Shown one piece after another: positions 28,263-40,614 of a stretch of DNA of 53,198 bases. This DNA comes from Vulcanimicrobiales bacterium (GTDB taxonomy: Bacteria > Vulcanimicrobiota > Vulcanimicrobiia > Vulcanimicrobiales > Vulcanimicrobiaceae): contig JBBQQR010000014.1 of the NCBI GenBank assembly GCA_038215615.1, positions 1 through 53,198 on the forward strand, in the 5' to 3' direction. A program made the translations under genes and the position numbers. The notes beneath the pieces were generated by a model that worked only from the letters and a program-made list of their open reading frames with translations, had not been told where the DNA came from and did no database searches. How positions within the stretch are numbered: the first letter of the stretch is position 1; each line of letters begins with the position of its first letter.

Positions 28263-29770
28263 ACGCCCCTCGATTTGATGTAAAACGTCCAGCTCTTCGT
28301 AGACGTATTCCCAGCTTCGTCCGAAACCCGCACGATCACACGCACCGGCCCATTGCGGTAATCGACCTGCGGCATATAGTCGATGAACCGGTCGCTGCGC
28401 GTTGCCGACGAGGTCACGTCGTGGCCGTTTACCTCGATTTTAGCGCTCGAAGCGTTGACCGGGACGACGCCGCTGGCAAAGGTGGCGTAGATGCTCGGGC
28501 GGCTGTTATTCACGGTCACGCCGTTTCCGGGCGCGAAGTCGTTGATGCCGGGCGGCTCGGTCGAAATGGAAACCAGCGCCGGCGATTCCCACGTTGTGGG
28601 CGCCCCGCCGCGCACGCTGAGGTGGCCGAAGACCGGCACGTTGGCAAAGTTCACGCCCGCGCCTACCTTATAGTTTCCGGAGTACGTGCCGGGCGCGCCT
28701 TCGCGCAACGGCAAACCCGTGACGTAGGGCCCTAAATCGTAGCTTGCGGCGCCGCCCGGCGTCGCGTGCATGACGACGTTCAGAGTGTCGTTCTTTCGCA
28801 GCGGGCGCTGCGGCGAAACGCCCAGCGCCTCGATTGCAACCGGCCCCGCGGTCGGCGATACCGCGCCCTTGCGCGTCGCGATGACCTGCCGCGGCTCCGA
28901 CGTGTCGATGTTGTAGCGCACGCTCACCGCGTCGCCGACTTGCAAGCGATCGATGGTGACGTTATCGCCATTGAGTGTGATCGCAGTCGCGCGGCTGGGG
29001 CTAATGACGCGTCCGTCGCCCAGGACGATAACGCCGGATGCGGCCGCTGCAATCGTGCCGGTGTGCGAACCGTAGGCGTCGACGATGTGTTTCACGTGAC
29101 TGCCTTTATCAAGCATGACTTCGGCCCAGTCGCCGGCGTGGATATCGGTCAGTTCGCCCGAATTTGATGTGCCGGTGTTGACGTCTTGAACGACGACCTG
29201 CGCGGCAGAGTCGATCGGAAGCGTGCGGATTGAAGCGTTGTACGTCAGCGTTATCGTGGCGGGCGAAGAGTCGAGATCGACCGCCGTGACCGTGCCGCGC
29301 GTTTTCGTTCCCGCTCCGGTGGTTCCCGGAGCGCTGCGTCCAATCAAGCTCGAGACGATTTCGACGCTATTCGTTTGGCGATCGAAATTCGCTTGCGCGT
29401 CCAGGGCCGCGGTAAAAAACCGCAGCGGAGCGTAGAGCGTGTTGCCGATCTCGATAGGCGCCGCATCCAAATAGACCGGGTCGCCGTCGACCAGTGCGCG
29501 GGTGCTTCCGATGGTCAGCGTAATCTGCTTTGCGCCCACGTACGTCGTCACGTTTCGTCCGGCGCGCTGAAATTGAAGTCCCAAGGCTTCGATGATCCGG
29601 CGTACGGGGACGAGCAGATGATAGCGGTAGAATTGCGGCCCCGGGTTGACCGGAAGATGCATTCCATTGAGGATCACGGCGATTGGCCTGATCGTCTTGC
29701 CGGGACGTCTCTGCCCGTGGACGGCAGCCGTCAGTATCACGGCGGCAAGTAGGCAGGCCAGCTTCTTCAC
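28259..29770 (-). CDS. Secreted protein with copper amine oxidase N-terminal (stalk) domain and beta-rich/Ig-like domains
   Basis: LVPVRRIIEALG and LYAPLRF motifs; C-terminal D.AGN...SWTF. Confidence 0.8.
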   Translation of the reverse strand: MKKLACLLAAVILTAAVHGQRRPGKTIRPIAVILNGMHLPVNPGPQFYRYHLLVPVRRIIEALGLQFQRAGRNVTTYVGAKQITLTIGSTRALVDGDPVYLDAAPIEIGNTLYAPLRFFTAALDAQANFDRQTNSVEIVSSLIGRSAPGTTGAGTKTRGTVTAVDLDSSPATITLTYNASIRTLPIDSAAQVVVQDVNTGTSNSGELTDIHAGDWAEVMLDKGSHVKHIVDAYGSHTGTIAAAASGVIVLGDGRVISPSRATAITLNGDNVTIDRLQVGDAVSVRYNIDTSEPRQVIATRKGAVSPTAGPVAIEALGVSPQRPLRKNDTLNVVMHATPGGAASYDLGPYVTGLPLREGAPGTYSGNYKVGAGVNFANVPVFGHLSVRGGAPTTWESPALVSISTEPPGINDFAPGNGVTVNNSRPSIYATFASGVVPVNASSAKIEVNGHDVTSSATRSDRFIDYMPQVDYRNGPVRVIVRVSDEAGNTSTKSWTFYIKSRGV

Positions 29771-30779
29771 CGGATCGATTCCTCCACGACTTCTCGATAG
29801 ACGTTTGCGGTTTCGCGCGCGCAGCGATCCCAGGTGAATTCGGCCGCGCGAGCCCGGCCTTCATTAACGAGCGTCATGCGCAGCCCCTGGTCGGCGAGCA
29901 CGCGCTGCATTGCGCGGGACGCCTCGCCGGAATCGCGCGCGCGAAACGTCAGCGCCGCGCCTTCCAGCACCGACGGAAGCGCGTCAGCGCACGCGATGAC
30001 GGGACAGCCGGAGGCCATGGCCTCCAACATCGGCAGTCCGAAGCCTTCCCGCAGCGCCGGGTGCACCAGCGCAACCGCACCGGCGTAGTATCCGGCCAGC
30101 TCGTTGGCCGGAACGTCCCCGAGCGCGATCACGTCGCCATTTCTGCGCCAGCATTGCAGCGCCGCAGCGTCGTTTGGGCCGGTGATGAGCAGGTCGGCGG
30201 AAATGTCGCCGGGGAGCGCCTTCCAGGCTTCGAAAAGCGTCGCGAGATCCTTGTGTTCGCGATGATTGCCCGAATACAAGAAATACGGACGCTCGCCGCG
30301 ATGCGGAACAGCCGGCCGCGAAAACACATTTTGTACGCCCAAAGGAACGACCCTTACGCGCTCCGGCGCAATCCCCAGAAATCGTTGCAGATCCGCAACG
30401 GTACGCGAATCGTCGGTAATGACGCGCGCGGCGCGTGCGGCCACGTGACGCACGACGCTCTGATAGTACGGCCCGACTTTTGCCTTAAAATTCCGGGGAA
30501 AAAGCAAATGGATCAGATCGTGGATCGTGACGACGTAGGGACGCGGCATCGCTACCGGCGTGTACTGCGACAGATAATGCGTAAGCGCCGGCTTAGCCGC
30601 GCGAACCGCCAAGGGCAGCCGCACGTGCTCCGCCCACCCGAAATTTCCGCCCTGCGCAAAAGTCACGAACTCCAGGTCCGGGGCCGCGGCGGGGAGCCGC
30701 GCGACCAGCTCTCGCACGTAGGTCTGCATTCCCGCCGAAAGCTGTCGCGTGACCCGCGCATCGAGCGCGATACGCGCTC

Positions 30780-30783
<4 letters not shown>
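29767..30783 (-). CDS. GT4 glycosyltransferase
   Basis: VVTIHDL, EGFGLPMLEAMASGCPV, FTW; GTG 30783 overlaps the GT2 stop. Confidence 0.92.
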
Positions 30784-33163
<2,380 letters not shown>

Positions 33164-33194
33164 CTAGGTTATTCCGTCGGGCCGGAGTTTTTAC

Positions 33195-33848
33195 CTAGGT
33201 CGCGATGCGCGCATAGCGTTCCAAGCCCGCATAATCGACGTGCACCGTGAGCGCCGCTTCGGGAAAGGCCGCTTCGCAGAGCGCGCACAGCCCCGCCATC
33301 GTGGGAGGCGCCGCTTCCATTAATATGAGCGCTCCGCGACGCACTAGGCCCGGAGCCCGGGCGAGGAGCTTCCGGTACTGCTCCAGGCCGTCGGGACCCC
33401 CATCGGTCGCTACGCGAGGCTCGAATCCGACGGGGTCGGGCTTTTGCGGAACGTCCGCGCTCGGGACGTATGGCAGGTTGGCCAGGACGAGATCGTAGCG
33501 ATCCTCGCTCCCGGGGGCGATATCCGCCAGCACGAACGTGCAGCGTTCCGCCACGCCCAGCCGCGCTGCATTCTGGGCCGCCAAGGCTAGGGCGGGCAGG
33601 CTGACGTCCGACGCCGTGACAATCGCGTCGGGAACTTCGCTGGCGAGCGTACATGCAATCGCTCCGCTCCCGGTTCCCACATCGAGGATCCGGCGCCGCC
33701 CCGGTACGCGCATGAATTCGAGCGCGTCTTCGATCAGATGCTCCGTCTCCGGACGCGGGACCAGAACGTGTTCGTTCACGGCGAACTCGCGGCGGTAAAA
33801 CCCTTTCCAGCCGGTAACGTACGCTTGCGGAACGCCGGTTGCGCTCAC
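33195..33848 (-). CDS. prmC: Release factor glutamine methyltransferase (short form)
   Basis: VLVPRPETE, DVGTGSGAI, ANLPY; GTGA overlap with prfA. Confidence 0.92.
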   Translation of the reverse strand: MSATGVPQAYVTGWKGFYRREFAVNEHVLVPRPETEHLIEDALEFMRVPGRRRILDVGTGSGAIACTLASEVPDAIVTASDVSLPALALAAQNAARLGVAERCTFVLADIAPGSEDRYDLVLANLPYVPSADVPQKPDPVGFEPRVATDGGPDGLEQYRKLLARAPGLVRRGALILMEAAPPTMAGLCALCEAAFPEAALTVHVDYAGLERYARIAT

Positions 33849-34930
33849 CCGGCCGGTCCTTCGCCCGCGAGCAGCTTCATGCGCTCGTCTTTGAGCAGCT
33901 CGTCGACGATGTGCGCGAGCGCGCCGTCCATGACGCCGCGCAAGTTGCCGAAATTTTGGTTGAGGCGATGGTCGGTGATGCGATCTTGCGCATAATTGTA
34001 CGTGCGGATCTTTTCCGAGCGGTCGCCCGTGCCCACTTGGCTGCGCCGCATCGACCCGGCAGCCTCTGCGGCTTCGCGGCGCTTGCCCTCGTAAATTTTC
34101 GAGCGCAGCATCTGCATAGCTTTTTCACGGTTTTGGATCTGCGAACGCTCCTGCTGCGAGGCGACGACGATGCCGCTCGGAACGTGCGTAATACGGATCG
34201 CCGACTCCGTCTTATTGACGTACTGACCGCCGGCGCCGCTCGACTTATAAGTATCGATCTGCAAGTCCGACGGTCGGATCTCTACGGTAAAATCATCCTC
34301 GACCAGCGGGAGAACGGCGACTGTAGCAGTGCTCGTATGAACGCGGCCTTGCGCCTCGGTTACCGGGACCCGCTGCACGCGATGCACGCCGGACTCGTGT
34401 TTGAAATGACGGTACGGCGAGTTGCCTTTTACGCCGAAGACGATCTCCTTGTAACCGCCCGCCTCGCTTTCACTCTGCGATGCCGGTTCGACCCGCATGC
34501 CCTGCGCTTCGGCGTACCGCATATACATGCGCGCGAGGTCGCCGGCAAAAATCGCCGCCTCGTCGCCGCCGGCACCCGCGCGGATTTCGATAAAGACGTC
34601 TTTGTCGTCATCGGGATCCTTGGGGATCAGCAGCGCCTGCAAACGGTCTTCGAGCTCTTTTCGCTCTTCCCGCAGACCTTTGACTTCGTCTTGCGCGAGC
34701 TGCGCGAGCTCCGGGTCGCTGCGGTCCGCGAGCAGCTTCTCGTTGTCGGCGATATCGCGCAAAATCTTCCGGTAAGCACGATAAGCCTCGACGGTTTCTT
34801 CAAGTGCGGAACGCTCTTTGACAAGTGCGGTGAAACGAGTTTGATCGAACGTTTCAGAAGGATGCGCGAGCTCGCCTTCGATCTCGTCGAAGCGCTTAGC
34901 GATGACGTCGAGGCGGTCTGTGAGGTTCAG
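33845..34930 (-). CDS. prfA: Peptide chain release factor 1
   Basis: PVT recognition motif, GGQ, RSEKIRTYN; frame stays open and RF1-like back to CTG 34930 (361 aa). Confidence 0.97.
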   Translation of the reverse strand: MNLTDRLDVIAKRFDEIEGELAHPSETFDQTRFTALVKERSALEETVEAYRAYRKILRDIADNEKLLADRSDPELAQLAQDEVKGLREERKELEDRLQALLIPKDPDDDKDVFIEIRAGAGGDEAAIFAGDLARMYMRYAEAQGMRVEPASQSESEAGGYKEIVFGVKGNSPYRHFKHESGVHRVQRVPVTEAQGRVHTSTATVAVLPLVEDDFTVEIRPSDLQIDTYKSSGAGGQYVNKTESAIRITHVPSGIVVASQQERSQIQNREKAMQMLRSKIYEGKRREAAEAAGSMRRSQVGTGDRSEKIRTYNYAQDRITDHRLNQNFGNLRGVMDGALAHIVDELLKDERMKLLAGEGPAG

Positions 34931-35203
34931 TTAAACTTCGGCTGCGGCTTTTTCAGACTCGCGCTTGGCTTTGCGCGCAGCGGCCTCTTCTTGCTTGCGC
35001 TTGGCAATCTGTTCGCGCTGACGGAACTTGTCGACGCGTCCGGCCGTATCGATGAACTTTTGCTGGCCCGTAAAGAGCGGATGGCATGCCGAGCAGATCT
35101 CAACCGCGATCTCCGGGATTGTCGATCCGGTCGTAAACGTGCTGCCGCAGGCGCAGTGCACCCGGGCCTCGGGGTACCATTTGGGGTGAATCTTCTCTTT
35201 CAC
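34931..35203 (-). CDS. rpmE: 50S ribosomal protein L31 (zinc-binding type)
   Basis: [27 protein letters not shown]; charged C-terminal extension. Confidence 0.97.
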   Translation of the reverse strand: MKEKIHPKWYPEARVHCACGSTFTTGSTIPEIAVEICSACHPLFTGQQKFIDTAGRVDKFRQREQIAKRKQEEAAARKAKRESEKAAAEV

Positions 35204-35212
35204 AGCCCAAAC

Positions 35213-35240
35213 ATTATATCAGCCGCGGCAAGGCCTCCAA
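35213..35240 (-). promoter_or_regulatory. Promoter of the rpmE-prfA-prmC operon
   Basis: TTGGAG-N16-TATAAT with TG extension; only 9 nt before the GTG start. Confidence 0.65.
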
Positions 35241-35318
35241 GGCGGGGGCGGCCCGGGCCCCGGCAAAGAAGCAAGCCCTCCCCGGGAACGGAACGCCGGC
35301 CGCAGTAGTTAAGGAGCC

Positions 35319-35855
35319 ATGAACCGTTCGTTTATCCTCGGCAGCGCTTTCGCGCTAGCACTGGCGGCGCAGGCCGCCGCCGGCGCGCAAACCTACGCCT
35401 CGCCGCCCGCCGCGCCGCTGCCTACCCCTGCCCCCGCCGCGTCGGCCTCCATCAAGATTCCCGCCAAAGCGACGCCGGCGCCGCCCAAGGATACGCCCAC
35501 TACCCGGGTGGGTGTATCGGGCGTCTGGGAGATCCAGATTCAACGGATTTCAGGCGTGACGTACACGCACTTCAAGATCGACCAAAAAGACAACGTGCTG
35601 ACCGGCCAATATTTGGACCAGGACGGAAAGAAGTATCCGCTCTTCGGTTCGGTCGACGGAAAGAACGTACGCGTCGTCGTTTCGCTCCCGAATGGCTCGA
35701 CGCTGACGTTCAGCGGAACGCACGAAGCGTTCAGCGACATGATTGGCATGCTGGCCTTGAGCAACGAAAGTGTCCCGTTCACCGCGGCTTACCGGCCCAA
35801 GTTCAACTGGATGGATAACCTCTCGCCGAGTACCGGCGGAATGGGCCGGCCCTAA
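35319..35855 (+). CDS. Secreted hypothetical protein
   Basis: AAGGAG RBS, signal peptide, Pro-rich linker, beta domain starting VSGVWEI. Confidence 0.8.
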   Translation: MNRSFILGSAFALALAAQAAAGAQTYASPPAAPLPTPAPAASASIKIPAKATPAPPKDTPTTRVGVSGVWEIQIQRISGVTYTHFKIDQKDNVLTGQYLDQDGKKYPLFGSVDGKNVRVVVSLPNGSTLTFSGTHEAFSDMIGMLALSNESVPFTAAYRPKFNWMDNLSPSTGGMGRP

Positions 35856-36358
35856 CCTTTTTCGGCCAAGCGCCTCTCGACGTAAGGCTGCAGACCGCCG
35901 GCGTCGATCAGCGACTGCATGAACGGCGGAAATGCCGCGGCCGTATACGTCTGGTTTTTCGTCAGGTTGCGGATGACGCCGCCGGCCGGCTCGACTTCGA
36001 GTTCGTCTCCGTTTTCGATGGCGTCCACCGCTTCGGGTGATTCGAAGATCGGCAGTCCGATGTTGAGCGCGTTGCGGTAAAATATCCGCGCAAAACTCTT
36101 GGCGATGACCGCGGACGTGCCCGAGCCCTTGATCGCGATTGGTGCCACCTCGCGGCTCGATCCGCAGCCAAAGTTCGAATCGGCGACGATCAAGTCGCCC
36201 GGTTTCATCTTCGTCGTATACTCCGGATCCAAACCCTCCATCGCATGTTTGCCGAGTTCAGCGATGTCGATGATGTTGCAGTACTTGCCCGGGATGATCA
36301 CGTCGGTATCGACGTTTTTTCCGTACTTATGCGCGCGGCCGCGGAGCGAAGCTTGCAT
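35852..36358 (-). CDS. leuD: 3-isopropylmalate dehydratase small subunit (type 2)
   Basis: NVDTDVIIPGKY, NFGCGSSRE, SFARIFYRN; ATG 36358 overlaps the leuC stop. Confidence 0.9.
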   Translation of the reverse strand: MQASLRGRAHKYGKNVDTDVIIPGKYCNIIDIAELGKHAMEGLDPEYTTKMKPGDLIVADSNFGCGSSREVAPIAIKGSGTSAVIAKSFARIFYRNALNIGLPIFESPEAVDAIENGDELEVEPAGGVIRNLTKNQTYTAAAFPPFMQSLIDAGGLQPYVERRLAEKG

Positions 36359-37641
36359 CAGACGGCCACCGCGGCGGTGATGCGCGGATCCGTGATGCGG
36401 CCGGTCAGCGCCGATGCCGCGCAGGTTGCCGGCGAGGCCAAGTAGACTTCGGCTTTCGGCGATCCCATGCGGCCCACGTAATTCCGGTTCGTCGTCGAGA
36501 TGCAGCGCTCGCCGTCGCCCAGCGTTCCCATGTGGCCGCCAAAGCATGCGCCGCAGCCCGGCGTGTTCACCACGCAGCCGGCGCCGGCCAATGTTCCGAG
36601 AATGCCTTCCTGCGCAGCTTGCATCCAGACTTTCTGCGAGCCGGGGTTGACGATCACGCGCAGGCGCCGATCGATCTTCTTCCCGTCCAAAATCTTCGCT
36701 ACGATGCGTAAGTCTTCAATGTAACCGTTGGTGCACGACCCGATGAAGACCTGATCGACCAAGATCTCATCGCGCGTCACCTCGGAGATCGGGTGCACGT
36801 TGTCGGGCGTGTGCGGGCAAGCCACTTGCGGTTCGAGCGATCCGATGTCGATCTGAATTTCGCGCTCGTACCGCGCGTCGGGGTCGGCCTTTTCGACGAT
36901 GAATTCTCGATCGGTGCGCTCTTTGACGTACGCCAGCGTTTTTGCATCAGCATGAAAGATGCCGTTCTTGGCGCCGGCTTCAATTGCCATGTTTGCCATC
37001 GTGATGCGGCCCGTAATCGAGAGCTCGTCGACGGTCGATCCGTGGTATTCGATCGCGCGATACGTCGCGCCGTCGATTCCCAGCGTGCCGACGGTTTTCA
37101 GCATAATGTCTTTGGCGAAGACCATTTCCCCGGGCTTGCCGCTGTAGACCAGTTTGATACTCCAAGGAACCTTGAGCCAGACTTCACCCAGCACAAACGC
37201 CGCCGCAATGTCGGTCGAACCCATGCCCGTTGCGAATGCGCCGAAAGCGCCGTACGTGCACGTGTGCGAATCGCCGCCGACGATGAGCTCGCCGGGTGCG
37301 ACGAGGCCTTCCTCAGGCAAAACCACGTGTTCGATTCCACCGCGGCCGACATCGAAGAAATGCGTGATCTGCTGCTCGACCGCAAAATCTTTCATCAGTT
37401 TTGCGATCTTGGCCGACTGGGCGTCTTTGGCGGGAACGAAGTGGTCTTCAACGAGCGCAATTTTGTCGCGGTCGAATACGCGATCCGCGCCCTTCATCTG
37501 ACGCATGACGCCGATCGCCACCGCTGCCGACAGCTCGTTGGCGAGCACCAAATCCACTTTCGCGTTGATGATCTGTCCGGGTTCGACCGCATCGAGCCCG
37601 GCGTGGCGGGCGAGGATCTTTTCCGTCAAAGTCATTGGCAT
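36358..37641 (-). CDS. leuC: 3-isopropylmalate dehydratase large subunit (type 2, homoaconitase-like family)
   Basis: DH, DSHTCTYG, IGSCTNG, PGCGACFG, TNRN..GRMG. Confidence 0.9.
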   Translation of the reverse strand: MPMTLTEKILARHAGLDAVEPGQIINAKVDLVLANELSAAVAIGVMRQMKGADRVFDRDKIALVEDHFVPAKDAQSAKIAKLMKDFAVEQQITHFFDVGRGGIEHVVLPEEGLVAPGELIVGGDSHTCTYGAFGAFATGMGSTDIAAAFVLGEVWLKVPWSIKLVYSGKPGEMVFAKDIMLKTVGTLGIDGATYRAIEYHGSTVDELSITGRITMANMAIEAGAKNGIFHADAKTLAYVKERTDREFIVEKADPDARYEREIQIDIGSLEPQVACPHTPDNVHPISEVTRDEILVDQVFIGSCTNGYIEDLRIVAKILDGKKIDRRLRVIVNPGSQKVWMQAAQEGILGTLAGAGCVVNTPGCGACFGGHMGTLGDGERCISTTNRNYVGRMGSPKAEVYLASPATCAASALTGRITDPRITAAVAV

Positions 37642-37704
37642 GAAATACCTCTTCTACTCTCCAGGCTGGGGTACGGTGAGGTTCGGGTCGAAGCACGAGT
37701 GACC

Positions 37705-39012
37705 ATGCAAGATCGCCGGTTCGGCTTTGCAACGCGCGCCATTCATGCCGGTACGCCGCCCGACCCCGTAACGGGGTCCCGGGTGATGCCTCTTTACCAA
37801 ACCGCGGCATTCGTTTTCGGTTCCACGGAGCAAGCGGCCGAACTCTTTCAGTTGCGCAGTTACGGCCATATCTACAGCCGGATCAGCAACCCGACCGTCG
37901 CGGGCTTCGAAGAACGCATGGCAAGCTTGGAGGGCGGACTTGGCGCCGTCGCCTTCTCGAGCGGATTGGCCGCGCAGCTCGGCGTGGTGCTGGCGCTCGC
38001 ACAGAACGGCGACCATCTAGTCTGCTCGCAAAATATTTACGGCGGAACGGTCACGCAATTCACGGTATTGTTGGCGCGCTTGGGAATCGAAACAACCTTC
38101 GTTCCGGCCGACGATCACGCAGCCATTGCGGCGGCAATACGACCGCAGACGAAGCTGCTTTTTGCCGAGACGATCGGCAACCCGGGCGGTACTATCGCCG
38201 ATCTGGACGCACTGAGCGCCATCGCGCACACCGCCGGGATTCCGCTGGTCGTCGACAATACGTTTGCGTCGCCCTATCTTTGCCGGCCGATCGAACACGG
38301 CGCGGATATCGTCACCCATTCGGCGACGAAGTTCATCTCGGGTCACGGCACGGTTATCGGCGGCGTCGTCATCGAGTCGGGGACGTTTCCGTGGGAGGGC
38401 GGACGCTTTCCGCTCCTTTGCGAGCCCAGCCCGGGCTATCACAACAAAGTCTTCACCGAAACGTTCGGCGAGTACGCATTCTTGATGCGGCTACGCGCGG
38501 AAGTGCTGCGCGACGTCGGCGCACAGATGGCGCCGATGGACGCATGGCTGCTGCTGTTGGGGTTGGAAACACTCCCCATTCGCATGGAAGGACACGTCCG
38601 CAACGCGCGGGCGATCGCTGAGTTCCTCTCAGAACGTCCCGAAGTCGATTGGGTGAGCTATCCCGGCTCTGCATCGCATCCGCAGCACGCGCTTGCCCAG
38701 AAGTATCTGCCGCGCGGGGCGGGCTCGATCTTTACGTTCGGCATTCGCGGCGGACGCGAGGGCGGACGCGTATTCATCGACGCGCTCGAACTTTGGAGTC
38801 ATCTCGCCAACGTCGGCGACATGAAGAGCCTCGTCATTCATCCGGCTTCCACGACGCACTCGCAATTGGGCGACGAGGAGATGCGCAAATCCGGCGTTGC
38901 GCCCGAAAGCATCCGTCTTTCCGTCGGCTTGGAAGACGTAGACGATCTGACGTGGGATTTAGATAACGCGCTCAAAGCCGCGGTCCAGCTGCCCCAGCAA
39001 GCTCCGGCATGA
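37705..39012 (+). CDS. metY: O-acetylhomoserine aminocarboxypropyltransferase/sulfhydrylase
   Basis: YSRISNPT, VVDNT, HSATKF PLP lysine, HLANVGD.KSL.IHPASTTH. Confidence 0.93.
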   Translation: MQDRRFGFATRAIHAGTPPDPVTGSRVMPLYQTAAFVFGSTEQAAELFQLRSYGHIYSRISNPTVAGFEERMASLEGGLGAVAFSSGLAAQLGVVLALAQNGDHLVCSQNIYGGTVTQFTVLLARLGIETTFVPADDHAAIAAAIRPQTKLLFAETIGNPGGTIADLDALSAIAHTAGIPLVVDNTFASPYLCRPIEHGADIVTHSATKFISGHGTVIGGVVIESGTFPWEGGRFPLLCEPSPGYHNKVFTETFGEYAFLMRLRAEVLRDVGAQMAPMDAWLLLLGLETLPIRMEGHVRNARAIAEFLSERPEVDWVSYPGSASHPQHALAQKYLPRGAGSIFTFGIRGGREGGRVFIDALELWSHLANVGDMKSLVIHPASTTHSQLGDEEMRKSGVAPESIRLSVGLEDVDDLTWDLDNALKAAVQLPQQAPA

Positions 39013-39488
39013 TTCTGGAAACGCCCGCACAGCGCCGCGCCCTCTTGGAGCGCGGCAAAACGGTTGCCGTGGTCGGCGCTTCGGCCAATCCGCTGCGGCC
39101 CAGTTATACGGTCTTCAGTTATCTGCGCACGCAAGGCCGTTTCGAAGTCTCGCCGATCAATCCGACCATCGCGGCGATCGACGGCGTGCCCGCCTATCCA
39201 TCGCTAGCCGCGTACGCGGCCGAACGGGGCGCCCCCGACATCGTCGACGTCTTCCGGCGGCCGAGCGAAGTGCTCGAAGTCGCGCGCGAAGCGATCGCCG
39301 CCGGCGCGAAGTCGATCTGGTTCCAATACGGCGTTATCAATCAGGAGGCAATCGATCTCGCCAGCGGCGCTGGACTCGATGTGGTCGTCGATCGCTGCAT
39401 CAAAGTCGAATCGGCGCGCTTCAACGGCGGTCTGGCAACCAGCGGGTTAAACAGCGGGCTGATCTCGAGCCGGCGCCGTGATCGCTGA
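39009..39488 (+). CDS. CoA-binding protein (YccU-like)
   Basis: VAVVGAS.NP.RPS, VDVFR, WFQ.G, VVVDRC. Confidence 0.92.
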   Translation: MILETPAQRRALLERGKTVAVVGASANPLRPSYTVFSYLRTQGRFEVSPINPTIAAIDGVPAYPSLAAYAAERGAPDIVDVFRRPSEVLEVAREAIAAGAKSIWFQYGVINQEAIDLASGAGLDVVVDRCIKVESARFNGGLATSGLNSGLISSRRRDR

Positions 39489-40614
39489 TTATCGCGCCGA
39501 GGCAAACGCACTCGACGCGGAAATCCAGGACATCATCGAGCGGTGGTCCACACCACCTGGGTATCGCGGCCGCTGGGAGCACTCGCACCCGGACTTTAAG
39601 TTTGACTTCAACGATCTCGGATTAAGGATTTTCGAGCACCAACTACGCTTTAACGGCCCATATGCACGCTTTTGCCAAAGTCTCGGGATAACAAGCTCCG
39701 CTCAGCTGCGTGATTGGCAAGATATTCCGCCAGTGCCGGCGGCTGCGTTCAAAGAGGCGTCGCTCGCCACGTTCGCTCCGGCCTTGGCCGCGTTGAAATT
39801 CGAGACGAGCGGAACCACAATGGGCTCCGGCGGCATCCATTACATGGAAAACTCGCGTCTCTACGACGCTTCGCTTCGGGCCGGCTTTGCCTACGGGTTG
39901 CTGCGGGATGGCCCCCAACCGTTGCGCTACTGCATGCTGCTTCCGAACCTCGAACAGAAGCCGCGATCGTCACTCTCTTACATGATGGATCGCGTGGCCA
40001 AGGCCTTCGGCGACGGAAACCACTCCTGGTACGTCGACGGCGGGGAGCTCGCGGCGTCGCGTTTTATCCACGACGTGAGGGAAGCGCGCAAGAACAACGT
40101 TGCGATCTGCGTCGCCGGGACCGCCTTCGCTTTCGTGAGCATGCTGGATGAGCTGGCGCGGGAAGCGATCGCGCTGCCCCTTCCATCAGGATCGAGGATC
40201 ATGGAGACGGGCGGGTTCAAGGGCCGCACGCGCGTCGTCGAGCGCCCAGAACTCTACACTGCGCTGGCGGACGTCTTCAGTCTGCCGTCACACCACATTA
40301 TCGGCGAGTACGGCATGACGGAGTTGACGACGCAATATTACGACAATTCCTTCGATGAAACGCGGCACAAGAGTGCGCCGCCATGGCTTGCGTCCTATGC
40401 GGTGGATGAGACCGGCAAACAACAGCCGCCCGGAATCGTGGGCGCACTGGTGCACGTGGACCTCGCTAACCGTTCTTCTTGCGCCGCCATTCTGACCGAA
40501 GATCTCGGTGCCGTCCTTAAAGACGGCAGCCTCGTACTGATCGGGCGCGAACGCGGTGCCGAACTGCGCGGCTGCTCGCTCGACGCGGAATCGCTGCGCG
40601 CCGCGGTGTCGTGA
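39478..40614 (+). CDS. LuxE-like acyl-protein synthetase
   Basis: FETSGTT, METGGFKG, EYGMTEL, ILTEDLG, C-terminal GR...AELRGCS acyl-acceptor Cys. Confidence 0.85.
   Translation: MIADYRAEANALDAEIQDIIERWSTPPGYRGRWEHSHPDFKFDFNDLGLRIFEHQLRFNGPYARFCQSLGITSSAQLRDWQDIPPVPAAAFKEASLATFAPALAALKFETSGTTMGSGGIHYMENSRLYDASLRAGFAYGLLRDGPQPLRYCMLLPNLEQKPRSSLSYMMDRVAKAFGDGNHSWYVDGGELAASRFIHDVREARKNNVAICVAGTAFAFVSMLDELAREAIALPLPSGSRIMETGGFKGRTRVVERPELYTALADVFSLPSHHIIGEYGMTELTTQYYDNSFDETRHKSAPPWLASYAVDETGKQQPPGIVGALVHVDLANRSSCAAILTEDLGAVLKDGSLVLIGRERGAELRGCSLDAESLRAAVS

Noticed and set aside
26775..28283. 502-aa plus-strand ORF
   Set aside because: Antisense shadow of the ABC substrate-binding gene, typical of high-GC codon usage
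33839..35308. 489-aa plus-strand ORF
   Set aside because: Antisense shadow of prfA and rpmE
36793..37704. Long N-terminal extension on metY, or a SAM riboswitch leader
   Set aside because: The extension is antisense to leuC; the 63-bp gap is too short for SAM-I and shows no riboswitch consensus I recognise
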